A stretch of 64,000 nucleotides of DNA from Prorocentrum cordatum (lineage: Eukaryota). The stretch lies in contig CAUYUJ010000192.1 of the NCBI GenBank assembly GCA_963575745.1, positions 372,001-436,000 of the forward strand, given 5' to 3'. This document shows positions 47,977 to 63,578 of this stretch, in pieces. The position numbers were made by a program, and so were the translations under genes. The first letter of the stretch is position 1; the number at the start of each line of letters is the position of its first letter. The notes under the pieces are model-generated. The model searched no databases. It saw nothing but the letters and a program-made list of their open reading frames with translations, and was not told the DNA's origin.

Positions 47977-48733
47977 AGCAATGCAAAGCAACCAAACCAA
48001 AGCACAAAATGGCCTAGAGCTGGCTCCGGGCACCCAAAATGTGGCCTGGGCGTTGTGTTCTGGGAACACGAAGAGCACAAAGTGGCCTACTGTTGGCTCC
48101 GGGCACTCACGATGTGGCCTGGGAGTGGTGTTCTGGCAAGATGCATCGTGATTCCAGACAAGAGTTTCACACTTTCCAACGTTATGATTTGTTGCGTCCT
48201 AGCCTGGCTAGGACGAAACGAACATGAAAGCCACGAAGTGCGATAGGGTTGCAACTTTCCAACGTTATGAATGCCTTTTTGGAGCTCTGGTGCAGGACAT
48301 CCCCACAAAAACGACGCCGTTCGTAACGTTGAAATTTCTTGAATAAAGAATATTCGAATATTCTTATTCAAGCGTTTCCAACGTTACGAACGGCGTCGTT
48401 TTTGTGGGAAGTCCTGCACCAGAGCTCCAAAAAGGCATTCGTAACGTTGGAAAGTTGCAACCCTATCGCACTTCGTGGCTTTCATGTTCGTTTCGTCCTA
48501 GCCAGGCTAGGACACAACAAATCATAACGTTGGAAAGTGTGAAACTCTTGCCCGGAATCACGATGCATCTTGCCAGAACACCACTCCCAGGCCACATCGT
48601 GAGTGCCCGGAGCCAACAGTAGGCCACTTTGTGCTCTTCGCGTTCCCAGAACACCACTCCCAGGCCACATCTTGGGTGCCCGGAGCCAACTCTAGGCCAT
48701 TTTGTGCTTTGCTTTGCGTTGCTTTGCATTGCT
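47977..48733. repeat. 757 bp spacerless palindrome (first of one per array unit)
   Basis: Centred on aagaatattcgaatattctt (48355/48356); arms pair out to agcaatgcaaagcaac / gttgctttgcattgct. Confidence 0.92.
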
Positions 48734-48734
48734 G

Positions 48735-49012
48735 AGACCCCTGAGACCTGCGACACCTGTCGGTCCTGTGGGACCTGCGAGACCTGCGAAACTGGTGGGA
48801 CCTGTGGGACCTACGACACCCGAGGAGCTTGCAACACCTGTGGGACCTGGGGGACCCCTGTGGCCTGTGGGACCCGTGGGACCTGCAAAACCTGTGGGAC
48901 CGGTGGGACCCGCAACTCATGTGGGACCTGCGGAACCACTGGGGCTTGTCGGACCTGCGACACCCGTGGGACCTGGGGGTCGTCTGTGGTCCGTGGAACC
49001 CTGTGGGACGCC
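48735..49012 (-). repeat. 9-bp-period repeat reading as Gly-X-Y (GPT) on the minus strand, one per array unit
   Basis: (tgtgggacc)n variants; translation [35 protein letters not shown]. Confidence 0.8.
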
Positions 49013-52000
49013 TGAGAGCCAGCCGAAGCAACGCGTGAATGCGGCAGGCATTTGAAGGTGGCAGAAGCGAAAAGTGTCGGGAAATGTACGAGCTTAGCGT
49101 AGTCTTGGGGCCCGTAACAGCGTAGTCTTGGGGCCCGTAACAAAATGGCAGCCGTGGATGTAAAAAATTAACGCGAAACCCATCCGTAACATTGAATTCC
49201 GCCATTCAAAGATATGGAACGCAAGCTAGGCATGAACGGCCCCAGGTTGAAAAAAGTGTTTCCGTGTTTCGCGCTTATTGTTTACATTTTCGCGGGCAGC
49301 TGCCGATCTTGCCCTACCTGGAACTCGCGGCCTTTGAATGGCGAAATCCAATGTTATGAATAAATTTCGCGCTTATTGTTTACATCCACGGCCTTCCGGC
49401 AAAACTAACTTAGTATCCCTTATGCGCTACTTACGTGATATTGAATAAACGAATAGTAGCCAGCGTGGCCCCCGAAAGTCGATGTCTTGCAACCCACGCG
49501 GTGCAATCTAGGCGGTGCAACGTATGCTATGCAACCTAGGTAGCGCGAGCCACGCGGTGCAGTTCATGCAACGCACAGCGACGCCAAGCAACGCTAAGCA
49601 ATGCAAAGCAACCAAACCAAAGCACAAAATGGCCTAGAGCTGGCTCCGGGCACCCAAAATGTGGCCTGGGAGTTGTGTTCTGGGAACACGAAGAGCACAA
49701 AGTGGCCTACTGTTGGCTCCGGGCACTCACGATGTGGCCTGGGAATGGTGTTCTGGCAAGATGCATCGTGATTCCGGGCAAGAGTTTCACACTTTCCAAC
49801 GTTATGATTTTTTGCGTCCTAGCCTGGCTAGGACGAAACGAACATGAAAGCCACGAAGTGCGATAGGGTTGCAACTTTCCAACGTTATGAATGCCTTTTT
49901 GGAGCTCTGGTGCAGGACTTCCTCACAAAAACGACGCCGTTCGTAACGTTGAAGCTTCTTGAATAAAGAATATTTGAATATTCTTATTTAAGCGTTTCCA
50001 ACGTTACGAACGGCGTCGTTTTTGTGAGGAAGTCCTGCACCAGAGCTCCAAAAAGGCATTCATAACGTTGGAAAGTTGCAACCCTATCGCACTTCGTGGC
50101 TTTCATGTTCGTTTCGTCCTAGCCAGGCTAGGACACAACAAATCATAACGTTGGAAAGTGTGAAACTCTTGCCCGGAATCACGATGCATCTTGCCAGAAC
50201 ACCACTCCCAGGCCACATCGTGAGTGCCCGGAGCCAACAGTAGGCCACTTTGTGCTCTTCGCGTTCCCAGAACACCACTCCCAGGCCACATCTTGGGTGC
50301 CCGGAGCCAACTCTAGGCCATTTTGTGCTTTGCTTTGCGTTGCTTTGCATTGCTGAGACCCCTGAGACCTGCGACACCTGTCGGTCCTGTGGGACCTGCG
50401 AGACCTGCGAAACTGGTGGGACCTGTGGGACCTACGACACCCGAGGAGCTTGCAACACCTGTGGGACCTGGGGGACCCCTGTGGCCTGTGGGACCCGTGG
50501 GACCTGCAAAACCTGTGGGACCGGTGGGACCCGCAACACATGTGGGACCTGCGGAACCACTGGGGCTTGTCGGACCTGCGACACCCGTGGGACCTGGGGG
50601 TCGTCTGTGGTCCGTGGAACCCTGTGGGACGCCTGAAGCCAGCCGAAGCAACGCGTGAATGCGGCAGGCATTTGAAGGTGGCAGAAGCGAAAAGTGTCGG
50701 GAAATGTACGAGCTTAGCGTAGTCTTGGGGCCCGTAACAGCGTAGTCTTGGGGCCCGTAACAAAATGGCAGCCGTGGATGTAAAAAATTAACGCGAAACC
50801 CATCCGTAACATTGAATTCCGCCATTCAAAGATATGGAACGCAAGCTAGGCATGAACGGCCCCAGGTTGAAAAAAAAGTGTTTCCGTGTTTTCGCGCTTT
50901 TGTTTACATTTTCGCGGGCAGCTGCCGATCTTGCCCTACCTGGAACTCGCGGCCTTTGAATGGCGAAATCCAATGTTATGAATAAATTTCGCGTTTATTG
51001 TTTACATCCACGGCCTTCCAACAACTAACTTAGTATCCCTTATGCGCTACTTACGTGATATTGAATAAACGAATAGTAGCCAGCGTGGCCCCCGAACGTC
51101 GACGTCTTGCAATCCACGCGGTGCAGTCTAGGCGGTGCAACGTATGCTATGCAACCTAGGTAGCGCAAGCCACGCGGTGCACTTCACGCAACGCACAGCG
51201 ACGCCAAGCAACGTTAAGCAATGCAAAGCAGCGCAAACCAAAGCACAAAATGGCCTAGAGCTGGTTCCGGGCAACCCAAATGTGGGACCCGGAAGTTGTG
51301 TTCTGGGAACACGAAGAGGACAAAGTGGCCTACAGTTGGCTCCGGGCACTCACGATGTGGCCTGGGAATGGTGTTCTGGCAAGATGCATCGTGATTCCGG
51401 ACAAGAGTTTCACACTTTCCAACGTTATGGTTTTTTGCGTCCTAGCCTGGCTAGGACGAAACGAACATGAAAGCCACGAAGTGCGATAGGGTTGCAACTT
51501 TCCAACGTTATGAATGCCTTTTTGGAGCTCTGGTGCAAGACTTCCCCACAAAAACGACGCCGTTCGTAACGTTGAAATTTCTTGAATAAAGAATATTTGA
51601 ATATTCTTATTTAAGCGTTTCCAACGTTACGAACGGCGTCGTTTTTGTGGGAAGTCCTGCACCAGAGCTCCAAAAAGGCATTCGTAACGTTGGAAAGTTG
51701 CAACCCTATCGCACTTCGTGGCTTTCATGTTCGTTTCGTCCTAGCCAGGCTAGGACACAAAAAATCATAACGTTGGAAAGTGCGAAACTCTTGCCCGGAA
51801 TCACGATGCATCTTGCCAGAACACCACTCCCAGGCCACATCGTGAGTGCCCGGAGCCAACTGTAGGCCACTTTGTGCTCTTCGCGTTCCCAGAACACCAC
51901 TCCCAGGCCACATCTTGGGTGCCCGGAGCCAACTCTAGGCCATTTTGTGCTTTGCTTTGCGTTGCTTTGCATTGCTGAGACCCCTGAGACCTGCGACACC

Positions 52001-55000
52001 TGTCGGTCCTGTGGGACCTGCGAGACTTGCGAAACTGGTGGGACCTGTGGGACCTACGACACCCGAGGAGCTTGCAACACCTGTGGGACCTGGGGGACCC
52101 CTGTGGCCTGTGGGACCCGTGGGACCTGCAAAACCTGTGGGACCGGTGGGACCCGCAACACATGTGGGACCTGCGGAACCAGTGGGGCTTGTCGGACCTG
52201 CGACACCCGTGGGACCTGGGGGTCGTCTGTGGTCCGTGGAACCCTGTGGGACGCCTGAGAGCCAGCCGAAGCAACGCGTGAATGCGGCAAGCATTTGAGG
52301 GTGGCAGAAGCGAAGTGTGTCGGGAAATGTGCGAGCTTAGCGTAGTCTTGGGGCCCGTAACAGCGTAGTCTTGGGGCCCGTAACAAAATGGCAGCCGTGG
52401 ATGTAAAAAATTAGCGCGAAACCCATCCGTAACATTGAATTCCGCCATTCAAAGATATGGAACGCAAGCTAGGCATGAACGGCCCAAGGTTGAAAAAAAT
52501 GTTTCCGTGTTTCGCGCTTATTGTTTACATTTTCGCGGGCAGCTGCCATCTTGCCCTACCTGGAACTCGCGGCCTTTGAATGGCGAAATCCAATGTTATG
52601 AATAAATTTCGCGTTTATTGTTTACATCCACGGCCTTCCAGCAACGCTAACTTAGTATCCCTATGCGCTACTTACGTGATATTGAACAAACGAATAGTAG
52701 CCAGCGTGGCCCCCGAACGTCGATGTCTTGCAATCCGCGCGGTGCAATCTAGGCGGTGCAACGCATGCTATGCAACCTAGGTAGCGCGAGCCACGCGGTG
52801 CAATTCATGCAACGCACAGCGACGCCAAGCAACGCTAAGCAATGCAAAGCAACCAAACCAAAACACAAAATGGCCTAGAGCTGGTTCCGGGCACCCAAAA
52901 TGCGGCCTGGGCATTGTGTTCTGGGAACACGAAGAACACAAAGTGGCCTACTGTTGGCTCCGGGCACTCACGATGTGGCCTGGGAATGGTGTTCTGGCAA
53001 GATGCATCGTGATTCCAGACAAGAGCTTCCCACTTTCCAACGTTATGATTTTTTGCGTCCTAGCCTGGCTAGGACGAAACGAACATGAAAGCCACGAAGT
53101 GCGATAGGGTTGCAACTTTCCAACGTTATGAATGCCTTTTTGGAGCTCTGGTGCAAGACTTCCCCACAAAAACGACGCCGTTCGTAACGTTGAAGTTTCT
53201 TGAATAAAGAATATTTGAATATTCTTATTTAAGCGTTTCCAACGTTACGAACGGCGTCGTTTTTGTTGGGAAGTCCTGCACCAGAGCTCCAAAAAGGCAG
53301 TCGTAACGTTGGAAAGTTGCAACCCTATCGCACTTCGTGGCTTTCATGTTCGTTTCGTCCTAGCCAGGCTAGGACACAACAAATCATAACGTTGGAAAGT
53401 GTGAAACTCTTGCCCGGAATCACGATGCATCTTGCCAGAACACCACTCCCAGGCCACATCGTGAGTGCCCGGAGCCAACTGTAGGCCACTTTGTGCTCTT
53501 CGCGTTCCCAGAACACCACTCCCAGGCCACATCTTGGATGCCCGGAGCCAACTCTAGGCCATTTTGGAATTTGCTTTGCGTTGCTTTGCGTTGCTGAGTC
53601 CCCTGAGACCTGCGACACCTGTCGGTCCTGTGGGACCTGCGAGACTTGCGAAAACTTGTGGGACCTCGTTGGGACCTACGACCAACGATCGCGCTTGCCC
53701 AACACCTGTGGGAACCTGGGGGACCCCTGTGGCCTGTTTGAGACCCGGGGTGACCTGCTATAACCTGTGGGACCGGTGGACCCGCAACACATGTGGGACC
53801 TGCGGAACCAGTGGGACTTGTCGGACCTGCGACACCCGTGGGACCTGGGGGTCGTCTGTGGTCCGTGGAACCCTGTGGGACGCCTGGGAGCCAGCCGAAG
53901 CAACGCGTGAATGCGGCAGGCATTTGAGGGTGGCAAAAGCGAAGTGTGTCGGGAAATGTGCGAGCTTAGCGTCGTCTTGGGGCCCGTAACAGCGTAGTCT
54001 TGGGGCCCGTAACAAAATGGCAGCCGTGGATGTAAAGAATTAGCGCGAAACCCATCCGTAACATTGAATTCCGCCATTCAAAGATATGGAACGCAAGCTA
54101 GGCATGAACGGCCCCGGGTTGAAAAAAGTGTTTCCGTGTTTCGCGTTTATTGTTTACATTTTCGCGGGCAGCTGCCGATCTTGCCCTACCTGGAACTCGC
54201 GGCCTTTGAATGGCGAAATCCAATGTTATGAATAAATTTCGCGCTTATTGTTTACATCCACGGCCTTCCAGCAACGCTAACTTAGCATCCCTTATGCGCT
54301 ACTTACGTGATATTGAACAAACGAATAGTAGCCAGCGTGGCCCCCGAACGTCGATGTCTTGCAATCCACGCGGTGCAATCTAGGCGGTGCAACGCATGCT
54401 ATGCAACCTAGGTAGCGCGAGCCACGCGGTGCAGTTCATGCAACGCACAGCGACGCCAAGCAACGCTAAGCAATACAAAGCAACCACACCAAAGCACAAA
54501 ATGGCCTAGAGCTGGCTCCGGGCAGCCAAAATGTCGCCTGGGCATTGTGTTCTGGGAACACGAAGAGCACAAAGTGGCCTACTGCTGGCTCCGGGCACTC
54601 ACGATGTGGCCTGGGAATGGTGTTCTGGCAAGATGCATCGTGATTCCAGACAAGAGTTTCACACTTTCCAACGTTATGATTTTTTGCGTCCTCGCCTGGC
54701 TAGGACGAAACGAGCATGAAAGCCACGAAGTGCGATAGGGTTGCAACTTTCCAACGTTACGAATGCCTTTTTGGAGCTCTGGTGCAAGACTTCCCAACAA
54801 AAACGACGCCGTTCGTAACGTTGAAATTTCTTGAATAAAGAATATTTGAATATTCTTATTTAAGCGTTTCCAACGTTACGAACGGCGTCGTTTTTGTTGG
54901 GAAGTCCTGCACCAGAGCTCCAAAATGGCATTCGTAACGTTGGAAAGTTGCAACCCTATCGCACTTCGTGGCTTTCATGTTCGTTTCGTCCTAGCCAGGC

Positions 55001-57448
55001 TAGGACACAAAAAATCATAACGTTGGAAAGTGTGAAACTTTTGCCCGGAATCACGATGCATCTTGCCAGAACACCACTCCCAGGCCACATCGTGAGTGCC
55101 CGGAGCCAACAGTAAGCCACTTTGTGCTCTTCGCGTTCCCAGAACACCACTCCCAGGCCACATCTTGGGTGCCCGGAGCCAACTCTAGGCCATTTTGTGA
55201 TTTGCTTTGCGTTGCTTTGCATTGCTGAGACCCCTGAGACCTGCGACACCTGTCGGTCCTGTGGGACCTGCGAGACCTGCGAAAATGGTGGGACCTGTGT
55301 GACCTACGACACCCGAGGAGCTTGCAACACCTGTGGGACCTGGGGGACCCCTGTGGCGTGTGGGACCCGGGGGACCTGCAAAACCTGTGGGACCGGTGGG
55401 ACCCGCAACACATGTGGGACCTGCGGAACCACTGGGGCTTGTCGGACCTGCGACACCCGTGGGACCTGGGGGTCGTCTGTGGTCCGTGGAACCCTGTGGG
55501 ACGCCTGGGAGCCAGCCGAAGCAACGCGTGAATGCGGCAGGCATTCGAGGGTGGCAAAAGCGAAGTGTGTCGGGAAATGTGCGAGCTTAGCGTAGTCTTG
55601 GGGCCCGTAACAGCGAAGTCTTGGGGCCCGTAACAAAATGGCAGGCCAGTGGATGTAAAAATTAGGGGCTCCGAAAACCCAGCCGTCGATATGAATCTGA
55701 ACATTCAAAGATATGGAACGCAAGCTAGGCATGAACGGCCCAAGGTTGAAAAAAGTGTTTCCGTGTTTCGCGCTTATTGTTTACATTTTCGCGGGCAGCT
55801 GCCGATCTTGCCCTACCTGGAACTCGCGGCCTTTGAATGGCTAAATCCAATGTTATGAATAAATTTCGCGTTTATTGTTTACATCCACGGCCTTCCAGCA
55901 ACGCTAACTTAGTATCCCTTATGCGCTACTTACGTGATATTGACCAAACGAATAGTAGCCAGCGTGGCCCCCGAACGTCGATGTCTTGCAATCCGCGCGG
56001 TGCAATCTAGGCGGTGCAACGCATGCTATGCAACCTAGGTAGCGCGAGCCACGCGGTGCAGTTCATGCAACGCACGGCGACGCCAAGCAACGCTAAGCAA
56101 TGCAAAGCAACAAAAACAAAGCACAAAAATGCCTAGAGCTGGGCTCCGGACACCCAACATGTGCCTGGGCATTGCGTCTGGGGAACACTCAGAGCACAAA
56201 GTGGCCTTACCCCTGTTGGCTCCGGGCACTCACGATGTGGCCTGGGAGTGGTGTTCTGGCAAGATGCATCGTGATTCCGGGTAAGAGTTTCACACTTTTC
56301 AACGTTATGATTTTTTGTGTCCTAGCCTGGCTAGGACGAAACGAACATGAAAGCCACGAAGTGCGATAGGGTTGCAACTTTCCAAAGTTATGAATGCCTT
56401 TTTGGAGCTCTGGTGCAGGACTTCCTCACAACAACGACACCGTTCGTAACGTTGAAAATTTCTTGGAAAAAGAATATTCGAATATTCTTATTCAAAGCGC
56501 GTCCAACGTTACGAACGGCGCCGTTTTGTGCGGAAGTCTTGCACCAGAGCTCAAAAAAGGCATTCATAACGTTGGAAAGCTGTAACCCTATCGCACTTCG
56601 TTGCTTTCATGTTCGTTTCGTCTTAGCCAGGCTAGGACGCAAAAAATCACAACGTTGGAAAGTGCGAAACTCTTGTCCGGAATCACGATGCATCTTGCGA
56701 GAACACCACTCCCAGGCCACATCGTGAGTGCCCGGAGCCAACTGTGGGCCACTTTGTGCTCTTCGTGTTCCCAAAACACCATTCCCAGGCCACATCTTTG
56801 GTGCCCGGAACCAACTGTAGGTCATTTTGTGTTTTGCTTTGCGTTGCTTTGCATTGCTGAGACCCCTGAGACCCTGCGGACACCTGTCGGTCCTGTGGGG
56901 ACCCGCGAGAACCTGCGAAAACTTGTGTGACCTGTGGGACCTACGGACACTGTGGATCCCTTGCAAAAACACCTGTGGGACCTGGGGGACCCCTGTGGCC
57001 TGTGGGACCCGTGGGACCTGCATAACCTGTGGGACCGGTGGGACCCGCAACACATGTGGGACCTGCGGAACCACTGGGGTTTGTCGGACCTGCGACACCC
57101 GTGGGACCTGGGGGTCGTCTGTGGTCCGTGGAACCCTGTGGGACGCCTGAGAGCCAGCCGAAGCAACGCGTGAATGCGGCAAGCATTTGAGGGTGGCAGA
57201 AGCGAAGTGTGTCGGGAAATGTGCGAGTTTAGCGTAGTCTTGGGGCCCGTAACAGCGTAGTCTTGGGGCCCGTAACAAAATGGCAGCCGTGGATGTAAAA
57301 AATTAGCGCGAAACCCATCCATAACATTGAATTCCGCCATTCAAAGATATGGAACGCAAGCTCGGCATGAACGGCCCCAGGTTGAAACAAGTGCTTCCGT
57401 GTTCCGCGTTTATTTTTTACATTTTCGCGGGCAGCTGCCGATCTTGCC

Positions 57449-57548
57449 NNNNNNNNNNNNNNNNNNNNNNNNNNNNNNNNNNNNNNNNNNNNNNNNNNNN
57501 NNNNNNNNNNNNNNNNNNNNNNNNNNNNNNNNNNNNNNNNNNNNNNNN
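57449..57548. other. Assembly gap (100 N)
   Basis: Run of N inside the array, so true copy number is unknown. Confidence 1.
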
Positions 57549-60500
57549 CGGAGCCAACAGTAGGCCACTTTGTGCTCTTCGCGTTCCCAGAACACCACTC
57601 CCAGGCCACATCTTGGGTGCCCGGAGCCAACTCAAGGCCATTTTGTGCTTTGCTTTGCGTTGCTTTGCATTGCTGAGACCCCTGAGACCTGCGACACCTG
57701 TCGGTCCTGTGGGACCTGCGAGACCTGCGAAACTTGTGGGACCTGTGGGACCTACGACACCCGAGGAGCTTGCAACACCTGTGGGACCTGGGGGACCCCT
57801 GTGGCCTGTGGGACCCGTGGGACCTGCATAACCTGTGGGACCGGTGGGGCCCGCAACTCATGTGGGACCTGCGGAACCACTGGGGCTTGTCGGACCTGCG
57901 ACACCCGTGGGACCTGGGGGTCGTCTGTGGTCCGTGGAACCCTGTGGGACGCCTGAGAGCCAGCCGAAGCAACGCGTGAATGCGGCAGGCATTTGAAGGT
58001 GCAGAAGCGAAAAGTGTCGGGAAATGTACGAGCTTAGCGTAGTCTTGGGGCCCGTAACAGCGTAGTCTTGGGGCCCGTAACAAAATGGCAGCCGTGGATG
58101 TAAAAAATTAACGCGAAACCCATCCGTAACATTGAATTCTGCCATTCAAAGATATGGAACGCAAGCTAGGCATGAACGGCCCAAGGTTGAAAAAAGTGTT
58201 TCCGTGTTTCGCGCTTATTGTTTACATTTTCGCGGGCAGCTGCCGATCTTGCCCTACCTGGAACTCGCGGCCTTTGAATGGCGAAATCCAATGTTATGAA
58301 TAAATGTCGCGTTTATTGTTTACATCCACGGCCTTCCAGCAACGTTAACTTAGTATCCCCTATGCGTTACTTACGTGATATTGAACAAACGAATAGTAGC
58401 CAGCGTGGCCCCCGAACGTCGATGTCTTGCAATCCACGCGGTGCAATCTAGGCGGTGCAACGCATGCTATGCAACCTAGGTAGCGCGAGCCACGCGGTGC
58501 AGTTCATGCAACGCACAGCGACGCCAAGCAACGCTAAGCAATGCAAAGCAACCAAACCAAAACACAAAATGGCCTAGAGCTGGCTCCGGGCACCCAAAAT
58601 GTGGCCTGGGCATTGCGTTCTGGGAACACTCAGAGCACAAAGTGGCCTACTGTTGGCTCCGGGCACTCACGATGTGGCCTGGGAGTGGTGTTCTGGCAAG
58701 ATGCATCGTGATTCCAGACAAGAGTTTCACACTTTCCAGCGTTATGATTTTTTGCGTCCTAGCCTGGCTAGGACGAGACGAACATGAAAGCCACGAGGTG
58801 CGATAGGGTTGCAACTTTCCAACGTTATGAATGCCTTTTTGGAGCTCTGGTGCAGGACATCCCCACAAAAACGACGCCGTTCGTAACGTTGAAATTTCTT
58901 GAATAAAGAATATTCGAATATTCTTATTCAAGCGCTTCCAACGTTACGAACGGCGTCGTTTTTGTGGGGAAGTCCTGCACCAGAGCTCCAAAAAGACAGT
59001 CGTAACGTTGGAAAGTTGCAACCCTATCGCACTTCGTGGCTTTCATGTTCGTTTCGTCCTAGCCAGGCTAGGACACAACAAATCATAACGTTGGAAAGTG
59101 TGAAACTCTTGCCCGGAATCACGATGCATTTTGCCAGAACACCACTCCCAGGCCACATCGTGGGTGCCCGGAGCCAACAGTAGGCCACTTTGTGCTCTTC
59201 GCGTTCCCAGAACACCACTCCCAGGCCACATCTTGGGTGCCCGGAGCCAACTCTAGGCCATTTTGTGCTTTGCTTTGCGTTGCTTTGCATTTATTTTTGC
59301 ACCCCGAACCTTGCGACAACTGGTCGGTCCTGTGGGACCTGCGAGACTTGCCAAACTGGTGGGACCTGTGGGACCTACGACACCAGAGGAGCTTGCAACA
59401 CCTGTGGGACCTGGGGGACCCCTGTGGCCTGTGGGACCCGTGGGACCTGCAAAACCTGTGGGACCGGTGGGACCCGCAACACATGTGGGACCTGCGGAAC
59501 CACTGGGCTTGTCGGACCTGCGACACCCGTGGGACCTGGGGGTCGTCTGTGGTCCGTGGAACCCTGTGGGACGCCTGAGAGCCAGCCGAAGCAACGCGTG
59601 AATGCGGCAGGCATTTGAAGGTGGCAGAAGCGAAAAGTGTCGGGAAATGTACGAGTTTAGCGTAGTCTTGGGGCCCGTAACAGCGTAGTCTTGGGGCCCG
59701 TAACAAAATGGCAGCAACGCTAACTTAGTATCCCCTATGCGCTACTTACGTGATATTGAACAAACGAATAGTAGCCAGCGTGGCCCCCGAACGTCGATGT
59801 CTTGCAATCCACGCGGTGCAATCTAGGCGGTGCAACGCATGCTATGCAACCTAGGTAGCGCGAGCCACGCGGTGCAGTTCATGCAACGCACAGCGACGCC
59901 AAGCAACGCTAAGCAATGCAAAGCAACCAAACCAAAACACAAAATGGCCTAGAGCTGGCTCCGGGCACCCAAAATGTGGCCTGGGCGTTGTTCTGGGAGC
60001 ACTCAGAGCACAAAGTGGCCTACTGTTGGCTCCGGGCACTCACGATGTGGCCTGGGAGTGGTGTTCTGGCAAGATGCATCGTGATTCCAGACAAGAGTTT
60101 CACACTTTCCAACGTTCTGATTTTTTGCGTCCTAGCCTGGCTAGGACGAGACGAACATGAAAGCCACGAAGTGCGATAGGGTTGCAACTTTCCAACGTTA
60201 TGAATGCCTTTTTGGAGCTCTGGTGCAGGACATCCCCACAAAAACGACGCCGTTCGTAACGTTGAAATTTCTTGAATAAAGAATATTCGAATATTCTTAT
60301 TCAAGCGTTTCCAACGTTACGAACGGCGTCGTTTTTGTGGGGAAGTCCTGCACCAGAGCTCCAAAAAGGCATTCGTAACGTTGGAAAGTTGCAACCCTAT
60401 CGCACTTCGTGGCTTTCATGTTCGTTTCGTCCTAGCCAGGCTAGGACACAACAAATCATAACGTTGGAAAGTGTGAAACTCTTGCCCGGAATCACGATGC

Positions 60501-61325
60501 ATCTTGCCAGAACACCACTCCCAGGCCACATCGTGAGTGCCCGGAGCCAACAGTAGGCCACTTTGTGCTCTTCGCGTTCCCAGAACACCACTCCCAGGCC
60601 ACATCTTGGGTGCCCGGAGCCAACTCTAGGCCATTTTGTGCTTTGCTTTGCGTTGCTTTGCATTGCTGAGACCCCTGAGACCTGCGACACCTGTCGGTCC
60701 TGTGGGACCTGCGAGACCTGCGAAACTGGTGGGACCTGTGGGACCTACGGCACCCGAGGAGCTTGCAACACCTGTGGGACCTGGGGGACCCCTGTGGCCT
60801 GTGGGACCCGTGGGACCTGCAAAACCTGTGGGACCGGTGGGACCCGCAACACATGTGGGACCTGCGGAACCACTGGGGCTTGTCGGACCTGCGACACCCG
60901 TGGGACCTGGGGGTCGTCTGTGGTCCGTGGAACCCTGTGGGACGCCTGAGAGCCAGCCGAAGCAACGCGTGAATGCGGCAGGCATTTGAAGGTGGCAGAA
61001 GCGAAAAGTGTAGGGAAATGTACGAGTTCAGCGTAGTCTTGGGGCCCGTAACAGCGTAGTCTTGGGGCCCGTAACAAAATGGCAGCCGTGGATGTAAAAA
61101 ATTAGCGCGAAACCCATCCGTAACATTGAATTCCGCCATTCAAAGATATGGAACGCAAGCTAGGCATGAACGGCCCAAGGTTGAAAAAAGTGTTTCCGTG
61201 TTTCGCGTTTATTGTTTATATTTTCGCGGGCAGCTGCCGATCTTGCCCTACCTGGAACTCGCGGCCTTTGAATGGCGAAATCCAATGTTATGAATAAATT
61301 TCGCGTTTATTGTTTACATCCACGG

Positions 61326-63578
<2,253 letters not shown>

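Larger units (their letters stand above)
47534..61325. repeat. Tandem array of ~1.62 kb composite units
   Basis: Module start tggatgtaaa at 47534, 49155, 50775, 52398, 54027, 55650, 57290, 58095 and 61089; spacing 1620-1640 bp; the array begins and ends with the same TIR module. Confidence 0.95.

Noticed and set aside
48694..48704. ggccattttg in array units as spliced-leader genes
   Set aside because: Only ~9 nt match, followed by tgcttt rather than GCTCAAG, with no SL-RNA intron or Sm-like context visible
47534..61325. CRISPR-like repeat/spacer array
   Set aside because: Units are 1.6 kb and wholly repeated, with no unique spacers and no cas genes
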